Source: the human T2T-CHM13v2.0 reference genome, Homo sapiens
NCBI RefSeq assembly: GCF_009914755.1
Contig: NC_060931.1
DNA: 64,000 bases
Reading direction: 5' to 3' (one strand)
Made by a program: the position numbers and the translations under genes. A model generated the notes under the pieces. It was given only the letters and a program-made list of their open reading frames with translations. It made no database searches and was not told where the DNA came from. This document shows, piece after piece, positions 27,585-40,274 of this stretch (the stretch's first letter is position 1; each line of letters opens with the position of its first letter).

Positions 27585-28029
27585 TGTGAACCCAAAAAAG
27601 TCTGAGACAGGTCTCAGTTAATTTAGAAAGTTTAGTTTGCCAAGGTTGAGGACATGCCCATGACACAGCCTCAGGAAGTCCTGATGACATGTACCCAAGG
27701 TGGTCAACACACAGCTTGGGACATGGGACATCAATCAATATATATAAGAAGGACATTGGTTCAGTCTGGAAAGGCTGGACAACTTGAAGCAAAGGCAGGA
27801 AGACTCTAAGCAGGGAGAGAGCTTCCAGGTCACAGGTAGGTGAGACACAAACTATCACATTCTTTTGAGTTTCTGACTATGGTTTCCAAAGGAGGTAATC
27901 AGATATGCATCTATCTCAGGAAGCAGAGGGATAACTTGGAATAGAATGGGAGGCAGGTTTTCCCTAAGCAATTTCCAGCTTCAGTTCTCCTTAGTGATTT
28001 TGGGGACCCAAGATATTTACCTTTTCACA
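27585..28029 (-). mobile_element. MER4A/MER4A1-like ERV1 solo LTR
   Basis: Minus strand starts TGTGAAAAGGTAAATATCTTGGGTCCCCAAAATCACTAAG and ends ...GGTTCACA; 4-bp TSD CTTG (27581-27584, 28030-28033). Confidence 0.85.
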
Positions 28030-29375
28030 CTTGGGTCTACAGAATTGTCTCCTTTCAGTAATCCATTCTAGAATCTGCCCCAAGTTTGACATCTAACTCA
28101 CTGATACAGAGTTAATAGTAATAACACTTATGGTGTTGACTGCCAAGATGCTGTTTACCCATCTCCTGTCTTGGAACACAAAACCACATTTCCAATAAAA
28201 TATTTAAAGTCTACCTTCCAGAAGTTTAGGTTATTCAGCTGATTATATGAAGCTTTCTACACCTTGACTAGCATAAATACTAAAAAGGACATAAACAGTT
28301 TTTTAAGGCATAAGTTACTTTCAGCTTCACCAACCAATTCTTCCTTTATACTTTGAAATATGCATTTGTCTGAGTAAGAAGAATTAGCAATTATAGTTAC
28401 TGTATCATTGATTTCTCCAAAGAAAGAAGAATTATCCTTCAATAATTTATTCAAAAATTAGAACTATATTTTCCAGAAAGGAAATGGCATCAGAACAAAA
28501 CATGGGTGAATGCATGTATGATTCCATAATCAGACACTCAGCAAAACATATATGGAGTTAGTGTGACCATAGCAGTATTGGAAACTACTAATATATTTCC
28601 TCCCGATCAATCTTCTTTCTCCTACAGGAATGTTATGTCCTGGGCAGATGCAGCAACAGACATCCAGGGGTCTCAGTAGAAGCTGCTGAGAAAAGAAGGA
28701 GTGTGGATTTGGAAGGACTAAGGCTGAGACAATGAATTAATCTCAGACTCTTTCCTGAGGGGAAAAAGGCAACATCTAAAATTATAAAGACCTAAGAAAG
28801 AAAAAAATCAAATGATGAATGGCTAGCATTCTGTATCCATCATATTATTGATTTCCAACAACGATCTCATGTTTATAGATGAAGCTTCAAGAGGTTAAGT
28901 ACCTTGCTTGAGTTCACTCACTCAAAGTCCAGATTCAGATCTGTTTGACTCCAAAGCTAGTGTTCTTCTTTCTCTAACTCTGCTAATTCTGGCTTCATAT
29001 ATGCACCATAATTTGTTGCCAACTAATGAGGAGGACACAGAGCACAAGACTCCAGAAGTAAGGATATTTAAAGTCAGAGGGGCTAGAGATACTTCTGAGA
29101 AGCTTGTCTTGTTGGATATTTCTGGCCAGAATGTGAGAGAGAGGGTGCAGACACTGAAAGGAGGGAGCTATGTAGAGGTACTGCACCCTAGATGATTGTA
29201 CTAGAGTCAAGCAGCTGTCCTGACCAGTGGGTAATCTGTTCTTGGATCAGGAACTGAGTCTAGGGTACAAATGCATTAATTTAGAAAACTTGGCAGAGAA
29301 GGGCGTAGAGGGCAGTTTAGCGGCCATGGAAGGGCCTGGTAGTGATCTCAGGGACCAGGATATCAGTTTCATCAC

Positions 29376-29485
29376 TAGGGTGGCAAACTGTGCTAATTTA
29401 CCCAGGACTGTGAGTTTTCTGGAACACCGGACTTTCAGTGTTAAAATTAGGAAAGTCCTAGGCAAACTGGAATATATGATCACCT
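29376..29485. mobile_element. MER81-like hAT-Blackjack MITE
   Basis: tagggtggcaaactgt...cccaggactg...ggactttcagtgttaaaa...gaaagtcctaggcaaactgg...tgatcacct; ~110 bp with degenerate TIRs. Confidence 0.7.
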
Positions 29486-29549
29486 GGTCATAGCACCAAG
29501 AAGGTACCCAGCCCCCATCAACCAGAGATGTGAACATTACATTGGTTCT

Positions 29550-30045
29550 TTCCTCTTGCTCACACCCCTCCCTCCTTCCATCCTTAAGTGCTCTCGATTT
29601 TACTTGCCTTTGAATGTCTGTCATCTCCTTCATCCCCATGACCACTGTTTTTGTTCAGGCTCTCACCATCTCTCACTATTTCGAGGGTCTCCTAACTGGT
29701 CTCTGTATCCATTCCTGACAACTTCCACAATGCTGAATGCTCCACAATGCCACCAGAGGGCTCTTCTCAAATGAAACAGAACGTGTCACTCCTGTTCAGA
29801 CATATCAAGAGCTCTCCACTTGGGAAAGGAGAGAGTCCAATCTTTCTCCATAATTTAAAAGACCCTACAGACTCTAATGCCAGCCTATATCATCAGCCTC
29901 TTTTCTCTACACCAGCCTGCATCACACTTCATGCTTGTCTATAAAACAGACCCTACCCAAAAAAACCAAACCAATCCTAAACAAAACATGTGTTCTTACA
30001 CTTCCAAGCCTCTGCCTTCTGCCTGAGACATTCTTCCAAGCTTTG
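29550..30045 (+). mobile_element. L2 fragment
   Basis: Pyrimidine-rich L2 motifs (caggctctcaccatctctcac...ctcctaactggtctc). Confidence 0.5.
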
Positions 30046-30248
30046 TCCATGTATAAAATTCCTATTCATCATTCAAAATATTTTGCAATGTGTAGAAATA
30101 AATACTAATGAAAATGTCTTTAGGGAGAGGCTTCTCTGTGGCTGGAAAGAATATATTGATAAACTGCTTGGAGTGGGAAGTGACTTCCATGCTGTGTAAC
30201 AGTTGAATAAGACTTTATGTCAGATAGTATAATCCAATATCTTGAAAG

Positions 30249-31148
30249 TGTTCACTTAAAAATCACACAATTTATAAATTTAGAAAGGAGACATTATTTC
30301 TTATAAAGGGTTACAGCCTGCAAGTTGGACATTCTTACAGGCTAAGAAGCATAACCTCCAGTCAAAGTCATTAGCAGGCACTTCAAGGGAAGGAAGGGTG
30401 GAACAGGGATTTACGTTGAATATCTTGGCCAAGTATACATATTCAACAGGTTACAGGAGGAGCTGTGAATATTCATGAAGGTGGTCCTAATGCATATGTA
30501 TTGAATAAACATACATGTTACATAGGACCCATTAGGAGACTTAACATTTAAATGTATTAAAAGTAGGCCCTATAGGTCAAAAGATGAAGTAGAGACATGA
30601 AGACACTCAAGTGTGTAAACTGGCCAGAACCAGTCCTTGGTTTGCCGTCTCTTATCACTGGAAAGTTGCAGGAATCAGTACCTTGTTAGATCAAAGCTGT
30701 TGTTACGGGTTGTGGAACAGGGTGTCGGTTAGTCATCATCTGGCAGTGAGCTGCAATTCTTTCAATATTGCTTATCTCAAGGTCAGTGCTTGTTTAGCTG
30801 ATAAAGCAAAAGAAAAACCATGTAGCAGTTAGAACACAGTTTATTCTTTAAGTTCAGGGGTGCATGACTTAACTCTTGCATGGCATGGCCTTAGGTCATG
30901 TTTATGATTTGGTATCTTATTGCCACAAAGAATCTATTCTGCTAGTCTTACGATCTTTATTTTAATGTTAATGCTGGTCAGTTTTTGTGTCTAAATTGCA
31001 AAAGGGAGTGGGTATAATGAGGTGTGCCTGACCTCCTGTGCAGGCATGGCCAGAAACTCAGTATTTAAGGTTTCTCTGGGGTCCCCTTGGCCAAGAGAGG
31101 TGTCCATTCAGTTGGCTGAAGGGCTTAGGATTTTATTTTTAGCTTATA
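30249..31148 (-). mobile_element. MER4D-like ERV1 solo LTR
   Basis: Minus strand TATAAGCTAAAAATAAAATCCTAAGCCC...GGCCAAGGGGACCCCAGAGAAACCTTAAA ... GATTTTTAAGTGAACA. TSD AAAG at 30245-30248 and, beyond the MADE1, 31230-31233. Confidence 0.8.
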
Positions 31149-31227
31149 TTAGGTTGGTGCAAAAGTAATTGCGGTCTTTGCCATTAAAAGTAATGGCAAA
31201 AATGCAATTACTTTTGCACCAATCTTA
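31149..31227. mobile_element. MADE1 (Hsmar1-derived mariner MITE)
   Basis: TTAGGTTGGTGCAAAAGTAATTGCGG...TGCAATTACTTTTGCACCAATCTTA; ~80-bp near-perfect inverted repeat with TA duplication (31147-48, 31228-29). Confidence 0.93.
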
Positions 31228-31434
31228 TAAAAGCAGAATGCCTACATATGTCTACAAGCCACATAGTGTGCATCAGGACTGAGTCTATTTTTTAGCGTTT
31301 GTCCCAATAACAAAAGATGGAACCATATATTTCTCAGAAAATAAAATTTTAATTTAATTTAAAATTTTATATTCACTGTTTATCAACCAATACTTAATCC
31401 TGTTTAGAACATCACTAATGATGATTGCCCGAAG

Positions 31435-31631
31435 GCTGTGGTCAACGGCCTTCATCAACATCAACAGCATGAATATCACCTGGGGATCTGTCAGAAATGT
31501 AAATCTCAGGCCCCATGAGGTGTATTGAATCAGAAACTTCGAGGAGGGGTCAGGAGGGCAGGAATCGCTGATTTAACAAGCCTTCCAGGTGACTCTAATT
31601 CATTCTAATGTTAGAAAAATCACTGCTCTAG
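31435..31631. mobile_element. MER5A-like MITE
   Basis: atcacctgggg..ctgtcagaaatgtaaatctcaggcccca...gaatcagaaact...tttaacaagccttccaggtgactct. Confidence 0.7.
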
Positions 31632-31917
31632 TTGAGGTTTTCAAATGGTCTACCATAATTAAAATCCCCTGTGCAGCTTTGTTAACTATGAAAGAGATTC
31701 CTGTGTATGTTGAAGTTTGAGAATTTCTGTTATATTCACAAATTAAGCCACAGCACTACAGAGCTACTTCCATGGGTGGTCTTGCATGACTCTTATGAAA
31801 TAGTTTTTCCTGAATAATTTGACTCACTTTGAAGGATAAGCTCTGGAATGCCTGTGTTTGAATTCCACCTTCATCATTTACTGAATGTGGTAGCTGGCGC
31901 CAGTCATCTAACCTCTC

Positions 31918-32285
31918 TGGTATGGTTTGTATCTGTGTCCCCACCCAGATCTTATTTGAATTGTAATCCCCATAATCCCCACGTGTTGAGGGAGAAACTC
32001 AGTGGGAGGTAATTAGATCATGGGAGTGGTTTTCTCCCTTGCTATTTTCGTGAGAGTGAGTGAGTTCTCGCAAGAGCTGTTGGTTTTATAAGGGGCTCTT
32101 CCCTATACACTCTTCTCTCTCCCGCCACTTTGTGAAGAAGGTGCCTGCTTCCCCTTCTGCCATGATTGTAAGTTTCCTGAGGCCTCCGAGCTATGCAGAA
32201 CTGTGAGTCAATTAAACCTCTTTTGTTTATAAATTACCCTATCTCGGGTAGTACCTTTATAGCAGTGTGAAAATGGACTAATACG
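31918..32285 (+). mobile_element. THE1D-like MaLR solo LTR inserted into a MIR
   Basis: tggtatggtttgtatctgtgtccccaccca...gtgtgaaaatggactaatac; MIR sequence on both sides (~31830-31917, ~32286-32400). Confidence 0.85.
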
Positions 32286-32844
32286 CTGTGTCCAAATTTT
32301 CTTCCCTTCAAATGGAGATAAAAATTGACCTAGTTCACAAGGTTGTTTGAATCTGAGTGGGAAAATACACATAAAGTTTTTAGAATGGTGACTTTCAAAA
32401 CAGCTGTATGGCTCTGGGTTTTCTATATGGGTGTTGTTGAGAAGACTATTCACTCTGTTACAAAGTCCCCTCTCTGAAGATCCACAGAGATAAGGTTCCC
32501 TATACGGCTACTAGGGGTTTTGCTGGGTACCTTGTGAATCACGACATGGGTGAATTCCCTTCTCAAACTGGCTGCCTGAAACTGAGAGCTAAGAGATTTT
32601 GTCCATCTCTGTTCATTTGAAGGGTCCTGTGGCCTGCATCTGAGTGCTGATTTCACTTCTGACTTTGTCTTTCTACACTTTTTGCCCTTTACCTTTATTC
32701 TCCCAACTTATTTTTATTTATTTTATTCTGCATTGTGTGTACCCTTTGAATGCTCTTAGATATTTTTAGGAATAAGATAAGGCAAGAATGTAATTGATTT
32801 TATTTAATTAAGCATTCAATCAAATATCCAGACTACTACAGTGG

Positions 32845-33547
32845 TGTGATGGATAGTACTGAGTGTCAACTTGACTGGATTGAAGGACACAAAGTATTGA
32901 TCCTGGGTGCATGTATGAGGGTGTCACCAAAAGAGATTAACATTTGAGTCACTGGGCTGGGAAAGGCAGACTCACCCTTAATCTGGGTGAGCACAATCTA
33001 ATCAGCTGCCAGCACAGCTAGAATAAAAAGCAGGCAGAAAAATGTGAAAAGAGAGACTGGCCTAGCCTCCCAGCCTACATCTTTCTCCTATGCTTGATGT
33101 TTCCTGCCCTCGAATATCAGACTCCAAGTTCTTCAGTTCTGGAACTCAGACTGGCTGTTGCTGCTCCTCAGCCTGCACATGGCCTGTTGTGGTATCTTGT
33201 GATTGTGTGAGTTAATACTTAATAAACTCCCATATATAATATATGTATATAATATATATACACATATATATTATATATACACATATTATATATAATATAT
33301 ACACATATTATATATATTATATATACACATATTATATATATTATATATACACATATTATATATACACATATATAATATATACACATATATAATATATACA
33401 CACATATATAATATATACACACATATATATAATATATACACACATATTATATATAATATATACACACATATTATATATAATATATACACACATATTATAT
33501 ATATAATATATACACACATATTATATATATAATATATACACACATAT

Positions 33548-33578
<31 letters not shown>

Positions 33579-35130
33579 ATATATGCACACATATATATAA
33601 TATATACACACATATATATAATATATACACACATATTACATATATAATATACGCACATATTATATATATAATATATACACACATATTATATATAATATAT
33701 ACACACATATTATATATATAATATATACACACATATTATATATAATATATACACACATATTATATATAATATATACACACATATTATATATATAATATAT
33801 ACACACATATTATATATAATATATACACACATATTATATATATAATATATACACACATATTATATATAATATATACACACATATATAATATATACACACA
33901 TATCTATATATAATATATACACACATATCATATATAATATACACACATATATATAATATATATACACATATTATATATAATATATACACATATTATATGT
34001 AATATATATACACATATTATATATAATATATATACACATATTATATATAATATATATACACATATTATATATAATATATATACACATATTATATATAATA
34101 TATATACACATATTATATATAATATATATACACATATATAATATATATACACATATATATAATATATATACACATATCATATATATAATATATATACACA
34201 TATATATATAATATATACACATGTTATATATAATATATATACACATATTATATATAATATATACACATATATATAATATATATACACATATATATAATAT
34301 ATATACACATATTATATATAATATATACACATATTATATATAATATATATACACATACTATATATATAATATATATACACATACTATATATATAATATAT
34401 ATACACATACTATATATATAATATATATACACATACTATATATATAATATATATACACATACTATATATATAATATATATACACATACTATATATATAAT
34501 ATATATACACATATTATATATATAATATATATACACATATTATATATATAATATATATACACATATTATATATATAATGTATATACACATATTATATATA
34601 ATGTATATACACATATTATATATATAATGTATATACACATATTATATATATAATATATATACACATTATATATAATATATACACATATATAATATATACA
34701 CATATTATATATAATATATATACACATATATATAATATATATACACATATTATATATATAATATATACACACATATTATATATATAATATATACACACAT
34801 ATTATATATATAATATATATACACATATATATAATATATATATGCATATTATATATATAATATATATACGCATATTATATATATAATATATATACGCATA
34901 TTATATATATAATATACACATATATATAATATATATACACATATTATATATAATATACACATATTATATATATAATATATATACACATATTATATATATA
35001 ATATACACATATTATATATAATATATATATACACATATTATATATATAATATATATACACATATTATATATATAATATATATACACATATTCCATTAGTT
35101 CTTTCCCTCTAGAGAACCCTGATTAATAAA
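32845..35130 (+). mobile_element. MLT2A (HERV-L) solo LTR, expanded by an internal tandem array
   Basis: tgtgatgg..agtactgagtgtcaacttgactggattgaagg ... ttaataaactccc[AT array]ccattagttc..tccctctagagaaccctga.taata; 5-bp TSD AGTGG (32840-32844, 35131-35135). Confidence 0.9.
33232..35090. repeat. ~1.86-kb AT-rich minisatellite, unit ~24-28 bp (CATATTATATATAATATATA(CA)n)
   Basis: Directly visible; explains all the MCIYYIY-type ORFs. Confidence 0.97.
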
Positions 35131-35224
35131 AGTGGTCATTGATATTGACCTTATTTTCTTAGCAAATCTGAAAAGCTTATTTTTGATAATATCTCATGGG
35201 TACTGGTGTTTCATAGATTCTTGG

Positions 35225-35593
35225 TGATATGGTTTGGGTCCATGTCCTTGCCCAAATCTCATGTCAAATTGTAATCCTCAATGTTGGTGGGAGGTGATTG
35301 GATCATGGGGGTGGATTTCCCCTTTGGTGCTATTCTCATGATGATGGGTGAGTTATTGCAAGATCTGATTGTTTAAAAGTGTGTAGCACATCCCCCTCTT
35401 CTCTCCCTCCTGCTCCAGCCATTTAAGCCATACTTGCTTCCCCTTCACCTTCCACCATGACTGAAAGTTTCCTGAGGCCTCCTCAGTCATGCTACCTGTA
35501 CAGCCTGCAGAACCATGATCCTCTTTTTTTTTTTTTAATAAGTTACCCAGTCTCAGGTGTTTCTTTATAGCAGTGCCAGAACTGATGAATACA
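35225..35593 (+). mobile_element. MSTA-like MaLR solo LTR
   Basis: tgatatggtttgg...cccaaatctcatgtcaaattgtaatcc...ttacccagtctcagg..tttctttatagcagtg...aataca; imperfect TSD cttgg/attgg. Confidence 0.85.
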
Positions 35594-35949
35594 ATTGGGT
35601 ATTTTTGTAGACATTGTTTCATTGACTCTTTGAACCATAGGAATGGGTGGTTTCTCCAAGCTATGAAGCCTAGATTTTAGAATTTGGGGTAGGTTTAAAG
35701 TTTCTCCCCAAATTATTGGGCTGGTCTGAGATCTCATCTTTCTGATTCCCAAGCCAGTGTTTCTTCTATTTTACCATGCTTGACACAGACTTTAAACCTT
35801 TTTCAGGTGACTTTCCCAACAGCTAGACACCTGCTCTGAAGTCCTCCTTTCTTGACTGTTACTCTCAGTATGATATTCACTTTAACAACTGACATACATA
35901 GGGAACAGGAAGAGAGGACATTTTCTTTGCATATATCTATGATGGAAGG

Positions 35950-36568
35950 TGCTATGGTTTGGCTGTGTTCCCATCCAAATCTCATCTTGAATTCCCACAT
36001 GTTGTGGGAGGGACCTGGTAGGAGGTAATTGAATCATGGGGGCAGGTCTTCCCCATGCTATTCTCGTGATAGTGAATAAGTCTCACAAGATCTGATGGCT
36101 TTAAAAGGGGAGTTTCCCTGCACAAGTTTTCTCTCTCGGTGCCACCATGTAAAAAGTGCTTCTCACCATCCACCATGATTGTGAGGCCTCCCTAGCCACG
36201 TGGAACTGTAAGTTAAACCTCTTTCTTTTGTAAATTGCCCAGTCTTGGGTATGTCTTTATCAGAAGCGTGAAAATGCACTGACACAGTAAATTGGTACCA
36301 GGAGTGGGGTACTGCTGAAAAGATACCCAAAAATATGGAAGCGACTTTGGAACTGGGTAACAGGAAGAGGCTGGAATGGCTTGGAGGGCTCAGAAGAAGA
36401 CAGGAAAATGTGGGAATGTTTGGAGCTCCCTAGGACTTGTTGAATGGTTTTAACCAAAATGTTAACATGTGGAACTGTAAGTTCATTAAACCTCTTTTTT
36501 TTTTTTTTTTTGTAAATTGCCCCATCTCAGGTATGTTTTTATCAGCAGCATTAAAATGGACTAATACA
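35950..36568 (+). mobile_element. THE1 MaLR provirus with large internal deletion (5'LTR, short THE1-int, 3' part of 3'LTR)
   Basis: LTR 35950-36286; internal sequence gtaaattggtaccagg...gaagcgactttggaactgggtaacagg 36287-~36464; LTR tail ~36465-36568; TSD GAAGG (35945-35949, 36569-36573). Confidence 0.88.
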
Positions 36569-37479
36569 GAAGGATTGTAAAACGTTAGAGAAAATGGAAT
36601 TTAGAAAGCACCTGGTTACCAATCTGATTCTCAGTTACCTTCTCTAAGACATATAAAGACAAATTAAAAAAAATACAGCTCAAAACAACTTTGGAAGCCA
36701 AGGCTGAATCAACTTTTTCAGAATATGCAAATATTTTTTATTAAACTCCAATTCTGAAGAAACCTATTGAGCAACTCACATTCATCTTCTAACTATACCA
36801 TCACAGCTGTAAATAGAGCAAACTTGAATGTGTGTAAAAACACTTTTCAGCCCTTCTTTCTATTCCTTTATGTGACAGTGTAGCTGCTAAGCAGTCATAG
36901 TGCTTACCCTATCTCCATAATCTGCATTACTCTGCCTCAATCCATTTGAAAGTGACTCTGATAAAACAATTTGGCAGGGAATAGAGGGACTTTGCCTTCA
37001 CACACTGCAGTTCTACCAAAAGCCTTACCATCCAAACCATTGTTAAGAAATGTTAGTTGGATTGACAGACTTCATTTCCCCCTTTTAAGAAAAATATAAT
37101 CCTTCTTTACATCTCTTCCCCCAAATGATGGCACATATTTGAGAGTTATTTTATTTTATTATAAGTTTAATTTAATCTAATATCAATATTCTCTCCATAC
37201 CTAAAACATTCATGGCAATTATCTGCTATTCTCCTATCCCACAAGTTCCTTAAAAATATATATATAATAAAATAAAAAACTATTGCTTAATTTTTATCTC
37301 TTGTTGTGATGTTATGGTCCCTTGGTCTGAAAGCCTGAAAGCCTCATGAAAGTCTGAAAGCCTCTTTTCATCTTAACCTTGCTCCTTGCTGCCTAGTTTC
37401 ATTAGCTCAGCAAATGTATTCTTATAATAGCTAACAGGTAAACTTTCATATTGGGAGATGCTCTTTAGCTGTTAACTAG

Positions 37480-37884
37480 TTATATAGTTTGGATGTTTTG
37501 TCACCTTTATATCTCAGGTTGAACTGTGACCCCCATTGTTGGAAGTGGACCTAGTAGGAGGTGTTTGGATTATGGGGGCAGATACCTCATGAATGGCTTG
37601 GCACTGGTCTCATGGTAATGAGTGACTTATCATTCCATGAGTTCGCATGAGATCTGGTTGTTTGAAAGAGCCTGGCACCTCCTTCCTCTCTATCTTGCTC
37701 CCTCTCTTACCATGTGACAAGCTGGCTCCCCTTTGCCTTCTGCCATGATTAGAACCTTCTTGAGGCCCCTATCAGAAGTAAATGCTGACACCATGCTTTT
37801 TGTACAGAATGCAGGACAATGAGCCAAATAAACCTCTTTTCTTTATTAGTTACCCAGCTTCAGGTATTTCTTTGCAGCAATGCA
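37480..37884 (+). mobile_element. MSTB-like MaLR LTR
   Basis: tatagtttggatg...gagatctggttgtttgaaagagcctggcacctcc...agccaaataaacctcttttcttt..ttacccag. Confidence 0.8.
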
Positions 37885-38327
37885 TTTCTAATCTTTGTGG
37901 CTACACTTCTCCAAAAAAAAAAAAAAACACTGTTAAAAAAAAATAAAAGAAACTACCTGAGGCCAATCCAAGCAGTAGTCAAAAAATTTGCTGCATCAGA
38001 CAGTTTTTAGCACAACCCACTAATAGGACCTTAGAAAATCCACTCTACATAAGATAAGGGAAACTTTAAGTTAATTTTTACACAGAATTATTCATATTCT
38101 TACAAAGCCAGTAGCTTGCTGTGACTGATTATCCCAGAAGATGTTTTAATAGACATTGAGTTAAAACATTTCCCATAATTGACTTCGTTGACAAATATTT
38201 TCTCTAATTACCTGGGAGCTACTTCTTTGTTTGAGAATGTGTTCTTTGAACTTGGGCAAAAGACATAATTAGTCAAGACTAACTTGGAAGTAAGAAAAAT
38301 TGAGGCAGAAGTAAAACTACTCTGTTA

Positions 38328-39990
38328 AGGGGGCCAAGACAATTCAATGGGGGAAAGAATAGTCTTTTCAACAAATTGCACTGGGACAACTGGATAATTC
38401 ACGGGCAAAAAGTGAAATGGAACCCCTGCCTCACACTATATACAAAAATTAACTCACAATGGAACAAAGGCCTAAAGGTAAGAGACAAAACTATAAAACT
38501 CATAGAAGAAACATAGATTTAAATCTTTGTGACCTTAAATTTGGCATTCTTTTTTTAGATATGACCCCAAAACATAAGTAACCAAAGAAAAACTAGACAA
38601 ATTAGACCTCATTAAAATTAAAAGCTTTTGAGCTTCAAAGACACAATCAAGAAAGCGAAACATGAGCCTGAAAAATGAGAGAAAATATTTACAAATCTTA
38701 TATCTGATAAGGGTCTAGTATTTGTAATACATATAAAAACAATTACAACTGAGTAATATAAAAAACAATTTTTAATAGGCAAAAGATCTTAGCAGACATT
38801 TCTATAGAGATACACAAATGGCCAATAAGTCCAGAAAAGATTCTCAAGCTCATTAGCCATAAGGGAGATACAAATCAAAACCACAGTGAGATACTTCTTC
38901 ATGCCCACTGAAATGCCTGAAATGAAAAAAACAGACAATAACAAGTGTTTGCAAGGATGTAGAGTGATATGGTTTGGCTGTGTTCCCGCCCAAATCTCAT
39001 CTTGAATTGTAACTCCTAGAATTCCCCTGTGTCATAGGAGGAATCTGGTAGGAGGTAATTGAATCATGGGGGTGGGTCTTTCCCATGCTGTTCTTGTGAT
39101 AGTGAATAAGTCTCACGAGATCTGATGGCTTTAAAAATGGAAGTTCCCCTGCGTAAGCTCTTTCTCTTTGCCTGCTGCCATCTATGTAAGATGTGACTTG
39201 CTTCTCCTGCCTTCTGCCATGAAGGCAGCCTCCCCAGCCACATGGAACTGTGAGTCCAATAAACCTCTTCCTTTTGTAAATTGCCCAGTCTCAGATATGT
39301 CTTTATCAGCAGCATGAAAAAGGACTAATACATGGAGAAATTGAATTCTCATACATTGCTTGTGAACAAAAAATTATGCAGCCTCTTTGGAAAACAGTTT
39401 GGCAGTTTGTCAAAAAGTTAAACATAAAGTTATACTATAACCTAGCGATTTTGCTCTTAGGTATATACCCAAGGGAAATAAAACATATCTGTATACACAA
39501 CAACTTGTATATGAATGTTCATAGCAGCATTTTTCATAATAGCATCAAAAACTGGAAACAATCCAAATGTCCCTCAATTAATGAATGGATAAACAAATGT
39601 GGTCTTTTTGTGCAATAAAATATTCAGCCATAAAAGGGAATGAAATTCTGATACATGCTACAACATGGATAAACCTTAAAAACCTTGTGCCAAGACAAGC
39701 CAGACACAAAGGCCACATATTGTATGATTCCATTAATATGAAACGTTTAGTATAGGTCAATCCACAGAGACAGAAAGTGGATGAGCAGTTTCCAGGGGCT
39801 CGGGAAAGAGGGATAGGGGGAGTAACTGCTGATGAGTAACAAGGTTTATTTTTGGGTTATGAAAAGTTCTGGAATTTGATAGTGGTGATGATTGTAAAAC
39901 TTTGTGAGTATACTAAAAACAATTGAATTGTACAGATTAAAGAGGTGAATATTACAGTATGTGATTCATGTCTTGATTTAATAAAAGATA
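38328..39990 (+). mobile_element. L1MB-type LINE-1 3' fragment (split by THE1)
   Basis: ORF2 C-terminal remnants (QPLWKTVWQF..., WKQSKCPSINEWINK) and an L1MB-style 3'UTR. Confidence 0.85.
38965..39332 (+). mobile_element. THE1B/C-like MaLR solo LTR nested in L1
   Basis: tgatatggtttggctgtg...cagcagcatgaaaaaggactaataca; TSD tagag/tggag; removing it restores L1 ggatgtggagaaattg. Confidence 0.88.
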
Positions 39991-40274
39991 AAACTACTCA
40001 AAATTACATAATAAATGTGGAATTATTTGCAAAGTATCAAACGCCTTATCAGCAGTTCACAAACATTTACTTCTAAGAATCATTACACTCTTACATGAAA
40101 ATTGTTTTCTAGTAATCACTGTATTGGAATATAAAATTGAAACAAAATTTAAATGTTTAGCAATTTGTTTAAAACCAAAAGTAGTAACTTCATTACATGT
40201 TATCATAAATAACATATTTTGAAAAATACAAATTTATTCTCCAAAAAAAATATCATGAGAACAGGGTATAGTTT

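Noticed and set aside
29227-29645. Overlapping 88-aa and 132-aa ORFs
   Set aside because: Span MER81/L2 remnants; no domain or splice support.
33219-34798. Repetitive MCIYYIY... ORFs
   Set aside because: Translations of the AT-rich tandem array; not genes.
33232-35090. CRISPR-like array
   Set aside because: Pure tandem low-complexity repeat with no unique spacers, no cas genes, and a eukaryotic context.
37325-37364. Four TGAAAG(C/T)C-like 8-mers
   Set aside because: Small slippage duplication; spacing does not fit an ISRE and there is no other support.
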